Shown here: in pieces, positions 39,395 through 48,747 of the stretch
Layout: every line of letters begins with the position of its first letter
Position numbering within the stretch: the first letter of the stretch is position 1
NCBI GenBank assembly: GCA_963760615.1
Contig: CAVXDX010000003.1
Coordinates: forward strand, 104,718 to 168,717
Direction of reading: 5' to 3'
DNA from: an uncultured Candidatus Micrarchaeota archaeon
Lineage (GTDB): Archaea; Micrarchaeota; Micrarchaeia; Burarchaeales; Fermentimicrarchaeaceae
DNA length: 64,000 bases
The notes under the pieces: model-generated
Database searches by the model: none
Seen by the model: only the letters and a program-made list of their open reading frames with translations
Told to the model about the DNA's origin: nothing
Made by a program: the position numbers and the translations under genes

Positions 39395-40198
39395 CTAATA
39401 ACAAAATTTGCACCTTACATTATACTTTCTGCAGAGCTGCTCTGCCCTCTCCTTGAATTTGCCGTAGTAATCGCTTTTTGAGAAGAATATTTCCTTCCAA
39501 GCAGGCAGAAGCTCCGGATACGATTTCTCAAGTATCCTCCGCATGTTCTCCCACACGTCAGGCTTTAGGTTCAGCTTGTCAAACCAGAGGTAATCAGCCT
39601 TCAGCTCGGAGCCAGTTTTCACAATCTCATCAAGGCCTTTATCAGTCAAGTAGGGAAGAACAGGTCCGACAAAGATGTATATATTTATCCCGTTTTCATG
39701 CAGAAGCCTGAGGGCTTCCAGCCTATCACTTACAGGTGAGGAAAAAGGCTCAAAGTTTCTCCTCACAGAATCGTCAAGAGTTGTTATAGTGATTCCAACC
39801 TCCTCCTCATTGAATTTTTTCAGCAGGTCAATATCCCTTGTCACAAGGGAAGATTTTGTCTGGATGCACACGGGGAATTGTTTTTCAAGCAGCATCTCAA
39901 GAAGCTTTCTCGTAAGCCCATATTTCTTCTCAAGAGGCTGGTAGGCGTCTGTCAAGGATGATATGAAAACCTGCCCCCTCTTCTTTGAAGCAATTTCCTT
40001 CCTTAAAATTTCAGGAGCGTTGACTTTCACATCAATGAACTCCCCCCAAGGTTCAGTGTGCCTGCTGAACCTCCTTGTTATTGGGTTTGCGTAGCAGTAT
40101 GTGCAGCCATGCTGGCACCCAACATAAGGGTTGATGCAGTAGACAGCAAGCTTGCTAGGGTTGAGCAGGGACTTGCATTTTACTTCGTTTATTGACAT
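39395..40198 (-). CDS. radical SAM protein (SplB/DNA-photolyase-like, COG1533)
   Basis: CQHGCTYC (Cx3Cx2C) cluster near the N-terminus. Confidence 0.6.
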   Translation of the reverse strand: MSINEVKCKSLLNPSKLAVYCINPYVGCQHGCTYCYANPITRRFSRHTEPWGEFIDVKVNAPEILRKEIASKKRGQVFISSLTDAYQPLEKKYGLTRKLLEMLLEKQFPVCIQTKSSLVTRDIDLLKKFNEEEVGITITTLDDSVRRNFEPFSSPVSDRLEALRLLHENGINIYIFVGPVLPYLTDKGLDEIVKTGSELKADYLWFDKLNLKPDVWENMRRILEKSYPELLPAWKEIFFSKSDYYGKFKERAEQLCRKYNVRCKFCY

Positions 40199-40260
40199 AT
40201 GTTCACCGGAAAGTCACCCCTCCGTAAGATTAGTATACCCTCCCCTCCATAATTTTAGCA

Positions 40261-41583
40261 ATGCCAAATAATTTATGGGTTTCGCAGCTTTTTGACGAGC
40301 AGAATTCACCTCAGGAGCTTGAGAAGAAGGGAACCCTCCAATTTGGCACCAGCAGGGAAGTCAAGCTTGATACTCGATGCGCCATATGCAAGGGCTCAAA
40401 ATTCCTGTGCGGCAAGGACAGCTGCCCCATTCTTGTAAAATTCTACGCTCAGAATAGGACAAGGCCTCTTATCGACAAGCTTACACTGGAAGGCTCCTCC
40501 CCGCCAGACCTGTTCATCGGAAGGATGGGCTATCCCTATGTGAATATAGGTCCGCTCATACCACCAATAACAGGAAATACCGAAATCATGGGGACTCCTG
40601 AGATGTGGCAGGGAAAAACCATAGAGGAAATTGTGGATTTCCGCTTCCAACTTGTGAGGGGAAAATACAGGGTGAATGTGAAAGATGTTGAGGCGGGGAA
40701 GATTGTAGAACTCACAAGGGAGCTTGCCCTCTCAAAAGCGCCCACAGAAGTGGATGCAGAATTCAGGAAAAAGCCTGCTGGAAGACTCGTGCTTGATGAT
40801 GAGGTGCAGCCTTTCGGCCCCTCAGCACCATTAAAAGATATTGATATAACATACTCAACAATAGACCACAAGATTGACAAGGCTTTCAGCGACACAGATC
40901 TGAGGGCGTCAGAGGCAGTAATCAGTCTATACGAAAATGACGTGCTAGTCTCAAGGATACAGAAGGCTTTCTCCGCGGGCTTGTTCGGAATCGAAAAGAA
41001 CCGGAAGTTCGTCCCAACGAGATGGTCCATCACTGCGGTTGACAGCATACTCTCAAAGAACCTGCTGGAGGATGTGAAAACCTTCCCGCTGATTAATGAG
41101 TTTAGAGTATACGAGCACACTGCTCTTGACAACAGGTGGATTATCCTTATGATTCCCTCCCGCTGGAGCTATGAGCTGATTGAGGCGTGGTATCCCAAGA
41201 CAATATGGAACCCGGATGGCAGGGAGATTGCAATATTCTCAGATGCTGAGGGATATGAAGGCAGGACCGAATATCCAGACATAGGCGGATGCTACTTCTC
41301 TGCGAGGCTTGCAATTTCTGAAGAGTTGAGTAAAGAGAGAAGGCAGGCTGCAGCGATAGTAATGAGGGAGGCCCATCCTGGTTATATTATGCCTGTGGGA
41401 GTGTGGAATGTCCGAGAAGCTGTGAGGAATGCAATGAAGAATCCGCACATGAACTTTGCAAGCCTCAAGGACTCCTTTGCCTACATCTTCTCAAAATTCG
41501 ACATAACCATGGACGTATGGATAAAAACCAGCAAGCTTCTGCGGGATATGATTTTCCAGAAAAGAATTAAGGATTACCTCTGA
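40261..41583 (+). CDS. Nre-family (NreA-like) DNA-repair-associated protein
   Basis: 440 aa, N-terminal Cys cluster CAICKGSKFLCGKDSCP, size and layout like archaeal Nre_N/Nre_C proteins. Confidence 0.45.
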   Translation: MPNNLWVSQLFDEQNSPQELEKKGTLQFGTSREVKLDTRCAICKGSKFLCGKDSCPILVKFYAQNRTRPLIDKLTLEGSSPPDLFIGRMGYPYVNIGPLIPPITGNTEIMGTPEMWQGKTIEEIVDFRFQLVRGKYRVNVKDVEAGKIVELTRELALSKAPTEVDAEFRKKPAGRLVLDDEVQPFGPSAPLKDIDITYSTIDHKIDKAFSDTDLRASEAVISLYENDVLVSRIQKAFSAGLFGIEKNRKFVPTRWSITAVDSILSKNLLEDVKTFPLINEFRVYEHTALDNRWIILMIPSRWSYELIEAWYPKTIWNPDGREIAIFSDAEGYEGRTEYPDIGGCYFSARLAISEELSKERRQAAAIVMREAHPGYIMPVGVWNVREAVRNAMKNPHMNFASLKDSFAYIFSKFDITMDVWIKTSKLLRDMIFQKRIKDYL

Positions 41584-41595
41584 CTTCAGAAAATA

Positions 41596-42078
41596 CTAGA
41601 GCTTGTAACCCAGCTTCCTCAGGAACTCCTTCCTCTTCTTCACATCTTCAGAAGTTTCAATTCCTTTGCTCTTCAGCCCGTCTATCACTCCTAGAATTCC
41701 CCTGCCCTGCTCGCTCTCGGCAACCACCACTTCCACATCGTTTGCAGTTGCGCAGTATACAGAGCAGACCTCGGGGATATTCTTTATCGCATTCAGCACG
41801 TTGAGCGGGTAAGCATCTTTCATGACGATTATGAATGAGTGCCCAGCAGCAATGTTGGATGCATTCCTTGATGCAATCTTCTGCAGCTCCTCGTCATTGC
41901 CGCTAACTCTCACAAGGCAAGGCCCAGAGCTCTCGCAGAAAGCAGCACCAAATTTAACAGATGAGCATGAACTCACCATTGTTTCATAAATATCTTCGAT
42001 GCTCTTTATGAAGTGCGATTGCCCAAGAATAACATTGCAGTCGGCCGGCTTCTCAACCTTAACCAGTTTCAGCTCCAT
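41596..42078 (-). CDS. adenosine-specific kinase-like protein (COG1839)
   Basis: 160 aa, MELKLVKVEKPADCNVILGQSHFIKS...VYCATAN pattern. Confidence 0.5.
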   Translation of the reverse strand: MELKLVKVEKPADCNVILGQSHFIKSIEDIYETMVSSCSSVKFGAAFCESSGPCLVRVSGNDEELQKIASRNASNIAAGHSFIIVMKDAYPLNVLNAIKNIPEVCSVYCATANDVEVVVAESEQGRGILGVIDGLKSKGIETSEDVKKRKEFLRKLGYKL

Positions 42079-42086
42079 CCTATCAC

Positions 42087-42584
42087 CTACTCGAATACTA
42101 TCATGACATCGGATTCCAGCAGGGATTTGAGAGCCTTCTCAAGGGTGTTTATGTCAACGGGAAGTTGTTTTATCTCTCTTTTTGAGAACCTCACCTTGTA
42201 GAGGTTCCCCTCCTTCCTGTAGATTTTGTTTATCCCCAGTATCTTGGCAGGCGCGACAACATCTGCTATAGTTTTTTTAATGTCTCCGCTCATCTCAGCT
42301 ATCCTCACCTTCTTGCCCACAGCCTGGGATATCTCGGCGACAACCTTCCCCTCTCTGCCAATGAGCAGGCCCACATCCTTGTTTGTGAGCACAAGCACCA
42401 CCCTGCCTAAATCTATAGCCTTTGTAAAATCGGCGTTCTCCAAGTTGTATTTATCCTTCAGCTTGTAGAGCAGCCTGCTTATTTTCACATCTAGCTCGGA
42501 GATTTTTCCCCTCTTGAGTTTCTCATCGCACCCCGAGCAGAGCACATTGCTTTTCATGCACAGCTCGCATATCTGCACGTTCAT
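42087..42584 (-). CDS. KH-domain RNA-binding protein with N-terminal zinc ribbon
   Basis: CELC...CSGC then KH-like GxxG (LIGREGKVVAEI). Confidence 0.5.
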   Translation of the reverse strand: MNVQICELCMKSNVLCSGCDEKLKRGKISELDVKISRLLYKLKDKYNLENADFTKAIDLGRVVLVLTNKDVGLLIGREGKVVAEISQAVGKKVRIAEMSGDIKKTIADVVAPAKILGINKIYRKEGNLYKVRFSKREIKQLPVDINTLEKALKSLLESDVMIVFE

Positions 42585-42632
42585 CTAACCACGCTACTAC
42601 TGAAAAAGAAAAATAATAAAAAACCAAAAAAG

Positions 42633-42926
42633 CTACTTCATCAGGGTTATTTCCATTGAGGATACTTTTGCCATGCTTCCGTCTTCAGAGGTAAGCTCCT
42701 CGGTCTTTATGTCTATACTCTTTATTTTTGCGTCTGGCATGAACCTGTTTCTCACTATCTCCGCAACGTCCACCGCTCTAGAAATCACTTTCCCCCTGGC
42801 CTTTATTGCAACCTCAGGCGCTCCGTTGTTGAACTGGGTTATCACCGCGAGAACGTAGCTCATCACGCTTTTCTTGCCGATGTAGACCACATTCTCATCC
42901 TTTCGTATTGCTGTTTCCTCTGCCAT
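42633..42926 (-). CDS. albA: chromatin protein Alba
   Basis: [20 protein letters not shown] ... [21 protein letters not shown]. Confidence 0.85.
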   Translation of the reverse strand: MAEETAIRKDENVVYIGKKSVMSYVLAVITQFNNGAPEVAIKARGKVISRAVDVAEIVRNRFMPDAKIKSIDIKTEELTSEDGSMAKVSSMEITLMK

Positions 42927-42982
42927 CTTATGCACCTCCATTGTTGTTTATTGAAATGCTTGAGTAGTATTTCTCGAGCCAA

Positions 42983-43804
42983 TTATAAATGTTTATGCTT
43001 CTTCCTGTACTCCTCTATCATTCCCTCCAGATCCACCCCTGATTCTTTTGTAGCCGGTTCTTTTAAATCTACCCTGCCTTTTGCATTATGCGCTGCTTGC
43101 CTCAACCTCATTATCTCTATATCCTTTCTCCTCATCTCCCTGTCACCTGCAAGCCTTTCAAAAACTCCCTTTTCCATAAACCTAATTTTTGCCTTCAGTG
43201 CGGCATTCTCATTCTCCAGTCTCTCCACAGCTTTCTTAAGCTCAATGCTGGAATCAAGTAGCTCCTTTATCTGCCTGTTCTTGCTTTCCAAATCAATCCT
43301 TGTCTCCTCCCTGCTCCTCACCTTGGGCATCTCAATCTCCCTCTCCACATCCACCATGAGCAGGGCGTTGCTCAGAGAGGTGTTGTTCAGCACAAGGTGC
43401 TTTATCTCTCCTGCCTTCCCAGAAAGCCCCTTTTCCTTGAGAATCCTGTCTATCTGTCTGAGCTTGTTCTCGTAGAACCTGAAAGCCTTCATTGCAGAAG
43501 CTGCAGCATCCATCTCATGCTCATTGGAGAACTCCATGCCTTTCACAAGCTCGCTCTTCTCCCTGTCGCCCATATCCTTCTCGGGAATGAAAATCCTTGT
43601 GTTGAAGTATGAAGCCAGCTTGAGAAGCAGGTCAGGTGCTGGGTTGACATCGCATGCGAGAAGGGAGGGCTTACCTTTCTTCCTTATTATACCCGCCAGC
43701 TCCTCCTTGCTCATCTCTCTCTTGCTTCCTATCAATACGGGATTCATCTCCAAATCGAATATTGCATACCCTATGGTGGTGCCCGGGTCAATGCCGACTA
43801 TCAA
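42983..43804 (-). CDS. DUF460-like protein (RNase H-fold N-terminal domain plus coiled coil)
   Basis: MIVGIDPGTTIGYAIFDL YqgF/RuvC-like start; long charged coiled-coil C-terminus. Confidence 0.5.
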   Translation of the reverse strand: MIVGIDPGTTIGYAIFDLEMNPVLIGSKREMSKEELAGIIRKKGKPSLLACDVNPAPDLLLKLASYFNTRIFIPEKDMGDREKSELVKGMEFSNEHEMDAAASAMKAFRFYENKLRQIDRILKEKGLSGKAGEIKHLVLNNTSLSNALLMVDVEREIEMPKVRSREETRIDLESKNRQIKELLDSSIELKKAVERLENENAALKAKIRFMEKGVFERLAGDREMRRKDIEIMRLRQAAHNAKGRVDLKEPATKESGVDLEGMIEEYRKKHKHL

Positions 43805-43824
43805 CCAGTTCAGCTCATCACCGT

Positions 43825-45069
43825 CTATCTGCCCTCTATGACAAGCTGCTGCTTCAGGAAGACCCTAGTTGCACGCGGTATGTTCCTGTCCACCTGCACA
43901 TTGGCGCCAATCCAGCAGCCGTCACCTATAGTCCTGCCAGGCATAACCGAGGCGAGCACCCCCGTCTTCGTATTGTCCCCTATGATAACACCGAGCTTGC
44001 TTCTTTTTGTGTCTATCTTCTTTTCCATAATCTCCATTTTTATGGTTCCTGCGTCAAACCTCCAGTTCGCTATCTGAGTGCCAGCCCCGAAATTGCAGTT
44101 CTCGCCAACAATGCTGTCCCCTATGTAGCTGAGGTGCTTTGCATTCACTCCGTTCATTATTATGCTGTTCTTTACAGTGGTGGAATCTCCTATTCCGCAA
44201 TTCTCCCCTATACTGCTGTTGCTCCTTATGAAGGAATAGGGACCAACCTCGCTGTTTCTGCCTATGAACACAGGCCCCTCAAGAAAACTGTTGAAAACAT
44301 GAGCTCCTTTCTCTATGATGACCTTCCCCCTCACCTTGCAGTCCTCCAGCTCGCCTTCCTTCTTTTCAGGCATTCTGTTGAGCAGGAACTCATTTGCGTC
44401 GAAGAGCTGCCAGGGCACCCCCAAATCCTGCCAGAATTCCTTGAGCTCAATCCCTCCAACCTCGCCTTTCTTGGCGAGCGTTCTTATCAGGTCCGTCACC
44501 TCATACTCACCTCTTTTTGACATCTCAAGAGACTTGAGCTTCGGGAACACGCTGCTCTCCATCACATACATGCTGCAGTTCGCAAGGCCGCTCCTGTGGT
44601 TTTTCGGCTTCTCCTCAAATTTTTTAATCCTGCCCCTCGCAATCTCCGCAACACCATAGTTGCTCACATCCTCCACCCTTTTCAGACCGACTGTCATCTC
44701 AGACTCATGGGACGATATAAGCTTCTTTATGGCGCTGCTTTCAGTAATCACATCACCCGCAATTCCAACAAATGTATCGTCAACAATGCCTTCTGCAGCC
44801 AGAAATGCATCCGCGGTACCCCTCATCTCCTTCTGCACCGCATACCTGATTTTCATTCCCACCTTTTTTCCATCGCCAAACTCATCAATTATCCTATCCT
44901 TTAGGTAGTTCACAACAATCACAACTTCCCTTATCCCGGCCCCTCTCAAACCTTCCAGCACATGGCTCAGGATGGGTCTGCCGGCAACCGGTATCATGCA
45001 CTTCGGCCTTGTGTGCGTCAGAGGCTTCAGCCTCTTGCCCTCGCCAGCGGCTATGACAACTCCCTTCAT
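43825..45069 (-). CDS. glmU: bifunctional sugar-1-phosphate nucleotidyltransferase / acetyltransferase (archaeal GlmU-like)
   Basis: GVVIAAGEGKRLKPLT nucleotidyltransferase motif plus C-terminal hexapeptide-repeat (left-handed beta-helix) region. Confidence 0.7.
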   Translation of the reverse strand: MKGVVIAAGEGKRLKPLTHTRPKCMIPVAGRPILSHVLEGLRGAGIREVVIVVNYLKDRIIDEFGDGKKVGMKIRYAVQKEMRGTADAFLAAEGIVDDTFVGIAGDVITESSAIKKLISSHESEMTVGLKRVEDVSNYGVAEIARGRIKKFEEKPKNHRSGLANCSMYVMESSVFPKLKSLEMSKRGEYEVTDLIRTLAKKGEVGGIELKEFWQDLGVPWQLFDANEFLLNRMPEKKEGELEDCKVRGKVIIEKGAHVFNSFLEGPVFIGRNSEVGPYSFIRSNSSIGENCGIGDSTTVKNSIIMNGVNAKHLSYIGDSIVGENCNFGAGTQIANWRFDAGTIKMEIMEKKIDTKRSKLGVIIGDNTKTGVLASVMPGRTIGDGCWIGANVQVDRNIPRATRVFLKQQLVIEGR

Positions 45070-46403
45070 TGCAACCCCTCCTTCACAATTCTCTCAGCTT
45101 TGCCGAAAACCTTTTCAAGCTCGTTCCTGTTTCTGTGCTCGCAGGTAATCCTTACTATCGGCTCTGTGCCGGATGCCCTGACAAGCAGCCATCCTCCGCT
45201 GAAATCCACTCTCACCCCGTCTCCTTCTTTCACCTCCCCCCTGAATTCTCTTGCGACCATCCCCTTTATCCTCTCCATGGCCGCCCTCTTGTCAGCGCAG
45301 CTGAACTTCGCCCTCCTCATGGGATACTTTTTCACTCCCTTTCTGAGCTTTCCAAGCTTTCCCTCCCTGCATACCAACTCAACAAATTTCAGCGTGGTCA
45401 GCATTCCATCAGGCGACATCACCTCCTCGGGGAATATATACTCCCCGCAAGGCTCGCCGCCAAAAACAGCTCCATTCGCCCTTATTGCCTCAGCCACATT
45501 CCTGCTTCCCACATCAGTGATTACCAGTTTCCCGCCCTCTCTCTCAACCGCTTCTCTCAGAGCAAGCGAAGCCTCAACAGTTGATACAACGGTGCAGCTG
45601 CCTTTCACAATATGGCTTGATATAAGGGAGAGCTGCTCATCGAGTCCCAGCACCTCTCCGTTCTCGTCTATTATAACTGCCCTATCGCCATCCCCGTCAT
45701 AACCCACCCCCATGTCCGCCCCGCTGCTCCTCACAATAGAGCATGCATCCTCTAGGCTCTCGCTGTTCGGCTCAAGGCTTCTTGAAAAAATCCCGCTCGG
45801 TTCTGCATTCACTGAGATGACTCTGCATCCGGCCTCTTTCAGCAGGAAAGGTGCTATGGAGCATGCCGCCCCGTTCCCGCAGTCGACGACAACCTTTGGC
45901 TTTTTCTTTTCAATAGCCTTTACGTCACTGAGCCCCAGTGCAATTTCAATGTGCCTCTCCGTTGCATCCTTCACCTCATATGACTCGCACGTCCCGTCGG
46001 GTTCAGGTGGGTTGAACTTATTCATTGCCAGGGCATTCTCTATGACCTTCTCCTCCTCCCTGCTTATCTCCTCACCAAATCTGTTGTAAAGCTTGAAGCC
46101 GTTGTACTGAGGCGGGTTGTGTGATGCAGTTATCATAACCCCTCTCTCCGCCCTCTCTCTAGTTGCTATTGCGAGGGTTGGTGTTGAAACAACCCCCAGC
46201 TTGAGAGTGCATCCTCCCAGGGAGTTGATTCCTGCAGCGAGGGCTTCCTCAAGAAACGCTCCAGATGTTCTTGTGTCCATCCCAACAGCTATTCTTGTCC
46301 CTCTCCTTTTCACAATAACCCTTCCCAGAATGAGCCCTAGCTCTGGGGTGATGTCCTCGTTTACAACCCCCCTTATCCCCGAGGTGCCAAAAGAAACGTT
46401 CAT
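45066..46403 (-). CDS. glmM: phosphoglucosamine/phosphohexose mutase
   Basis: FGTSGIRG, active-site Ser in ITASHNPP, GDGDR metal motif; start at MNVSFGTSGIRG. Confidence 0.8.
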   Translation of the reverse strand: MNVSFGTSGIRGVVNEDITPELGLILGRVIVKRRGTRIAVGMDTRTSGAFLEEALAAGINSLGGCTLKLGVVSTPTLAIATRERAERGVMITASHNPPQYNGFKLYNRFGEEISREEEKVIENALAMNKFNPPEPDGTCESYEVKDATERHIEIALGLSDVKAIEKKKPKVVVDCGNGAACSIAPFLLKEAGCRVISVNAEPSGIFSRSLEPNSESLEDACSIVRSSGADMGVGYDGDGDRAVIIDENGEVLGLDEQLSLISSHIVKGSCTVVSTVEASLALREAVEREGGKLVITDVGSRNVAEAIRANGAVFGGEPCGEYIFPEEVMSPDGMLTTLKFVELVCREGKLGKLRKGVKKYPMRRAKFSCADKRAAMERIKGMVAREFRGEVKEGDGVRVDFSGGWLLVRASGTEPIVRITCEHRNRNELEKVFGKAERIVKEGLQ

Positions 46404-46446
46404 TATACCACAAATATTAAAAATCGCGAAGGTTAAATACATTACC

Positions 46447-46599
46447 ATGGCAGATAGAGTGAGCGCGCCGCAGAGCTCAACTGGTTTGCTGCGGTTCTAC
46501 GATGTAAATGCAGGTGGTCCTCAGCTTGACCCGCGGGCAGTGATCATCTTCACAGTCGTGTTCATACTCGTTATAAAGCTGCTGGGCTACTTCCTGTGA
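46447..46599 (+). CDS. secG: preprotein translocase subunit Sec61beta
   Basis: 51 aa MADRVSAPQSSTGLLRFYDVNAGGPQLDPRAVIIFTVVFILVIKLLGYFL, typical archaeal Sec61beta. Confidence 0.7.
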   Translation: MADRVSAPQSSTGLLRFYDVNAGGPQLDPRAVIIFTVVFILVIKLLGYFL

Positions 46600-47775
46600 T
46601 TACTTCTTGATGAACTTCTTGAAGAAACTCTCACAGGCTGAGGCGACCCTCTTCCTATACTCTCTGGGGCAAGCAACTATGGCTTTTCTCCTCATCTCCT
46701 CAGTCCTCTTTATAGCCCCTACGATGTCGGAAAGGCTCTCGAGCGGGCGCTCGACCGAATCCTTCACTATGGTGACGCGGCTCTCGCCGAATCTCTCGTC
46801 ATATGCTTGCCTGCACTCCAGAATAACATCCTCCACCCCGCTCTTCTTTTCGATGTCTTCCTCAGCCTCCCTCACTTCCCGGTAGTTCTTAAAGAGCTCT
46901 TTCCCCCTCTCATTAAGCCTATAAAACTCAAGCTCGTATGCCCTCTTGTAAAGCTCCCTATTCCTAATCCTCCTCATAAGCTCCCCGCTTCTCTCACCTC
47001 TCTCAAGGGCAGCCCCTAGCTCAGCATCATTGCAGCTGAGCAGCTCACTCATGGAAATTGTTTCATCCTCAAGAGCAGACTCAACAGCCCTGCATAGCAT
47101 TGCGCTGGCAATTCTGACTGCATGATGGTAGTAGACTGATGAGAACATGAGAAACCTAGCTATAAGGAGCGATTCCGCAGCCTCAATCCCGCCCCACTCT
47201 ACGACCGCCCTTCCCCCCTTAAGCCTTATGGTGTGAGCCAATCTTCCGCAGTCTATCACTCCGTATGCAACACCGGTGTAGTGTGAATCCCTCAACAGGT
47301 AATCCATCCTGTCAGAGCCAAGTGCGAAATTTATTATTCCGCCGCTTCCCTTCCCAGCCATAATCGAGCAGATCTCTTTCACATCATAACCATTCTCCTC
47401 AAGCACCTCACCGCTCCTCCCGTGCATGACTCTCTCAACTCCTCTCTTTTCATGGCCGCCCTTCTTTTTCCTTATTAAAATTTCCTCGCTGTCATGGGAG
47501 AAGGCAGTATGCCCCACGTCATGAAGCAGCGCAGCTGCCCTCATTGCTCCCTTCTCCTCTTCCGGGAGTGAGAGGTTCTCGCATATCTGCCCGGTTATAT
47601 GCATCGTGCCAAGGGAGTGCTCAAACCTTGTGTGGTTCGCACCTGGATAAACAAGATAGGCAACCGCCATCTGCCTTATCTCCCTCAGCTTCTGCATCTC
47701 GGGAGTGTCAATGAGCTTCAGCTCAGCATCGCTGACCGATACATCTCCGTGAACGGCATCCTTTATCACGTGCAT
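46600..47775 (-). CDS. HD-domain phosphohydrolase (dGTPase-like)
   Basis: HTRFEHSLGT ... LLHDVGHTAFSH motifs. Confidence 0.75.
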   Translation of the reverse strand: MHVIKDAVHGDVSVSDAELKLIDTPEMQKLREIRQMAVAYLVYPGANHTRFEHSLGTMHITGQICENLSLPEEEKGAMRAAALLHDVGHTAFSHDSEEILIRKKKGGHEKRGVERVMHGRSGEVLEENGYDVKEICSIMAGKGSGGIINFALGSDRMDYLLRDSHYTGVAYGVIDCGRLAHTIRLKGGRAVVEWGGIEAAESLLIARFLMFSSVYYHHAVRIASAMLCRAVESALEDETISMSELLSCNDAELGAALERGERSGELMRRIRNRELYKRAYELEFYRLNERGKELFKNYREVREAEEDIEKKSGVEDVILECRQAYDERFGESRVTIVKDSVERPLESLSDIVGAIKRTEEMRRKAIVACPREYRKRVASACESFFKKFIKK

Positions 47776-48617
47776 TATACCAACCCGTAGCAGCCTCTCC
47801 TCTTCTCTATGGCATCTCCCCGGTCCTTCATTATCTCAAGAACAACTGCGCAGGCTGGCTCGCCTGTCTTCAGCTCCCTGCTTATGTCGGCAAGGTTGTT
47901 TGCGCCCTTCTTCATACTCTGCCTGACCTTCTCAATCATGCCGGAAAACCAGCTCCTCTTCGCGACATAGAACCTCTTGTCAAAACCCCTCGTGCCTATT
48001 ATATTTCCGCTCCTTATCTCCTTCTCAAACTTATTGCAAAGCGCCTCTGCATCCCTTGCATCCTCTACAATCGCATAGCCGTTCTTCTCAAGCTGCTCCT
48101 CGGGAGTGCCTTCACCTGCTTCTGACTTTTGGCTCTTGAGGAGAGCATAAACATTATTTGAGATTTCGTATACCCCAGTCTTTGAGTACTTGCCTCCCTT
48201 GTAGAGCATCACGGCACCTTTGCCAATGAGCTTTGAAAGAACCTCCTTCTCCCTCTCACTGAGCTTCTTGTTGACATTGTAGGGTATCCTCTCTGAGAAT
48301 TTTATGCCGTTGAGCTTCCTGAGCAGCTCCATCTCCTCCATTCCCAGCCCTTTCTGCTCATAGGGGAGTGCGACCTCACCAATTTCATCCTTCAGCATTC
48401 TCTCCACTGTCTCCTTTTTCACAAGCGTGAACACACCTGGCTTTATCTCGTAGAAATCGACTTCCTCCCCTCCCTGGAGCTTAAGCTTCTCAACCATTCC
48501 CTTTGGGAGTATGCACGCCAGGTTATCCGCAACTCTATAAACTCGAACTATTAAATCACCCATTATAATAGCTTCCACACATAATTTAAAGTTTATCACA
48601 CTTTGTGAACCGACCAT
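47775..48617 (-). CDS. hypothetical protein
   Basis: 280-aa ORF, 1-nt overlap with the HD gene suggesting co-transcription. Confidence 0.4.
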   Translation of the reverse strand: MVGSQSVINFKLCVEAIIMGDLIVRVYRVADNLACILPKGMVEKLKLQGGEEVDFYEIKPGVFTLVKKETVERMLKDEIGEVALPYEQKGLGMEEMELLRKLNGIKFSERIPYNVNKKLSEREKEVLSKLIGKGAVMLYKGGKYSKTGVYEISNNVYALLKSQKSEAGEGTPEEQLEKNGYAIVEDARDAEALCNKFEKEIRSGNIIGTRGFDKRFYVAKRSWFSGMIEKVRQSMKKGANNLADISRELKTGEPACAVVLEIMKDRGDAIEKRRGCYGLV

Positions 48618-48747
48618 TTCTCTGAAAGCAGTAAAATGCAGCTCATTCTAATATCACTGGCGGCAAACCCTGCTTTTCACCAGAAAGCTCCACCAAAAGA
48701 TAGATATATATCCAAAGGCAGCTATAAACAACTCAACCCAGGGTGGT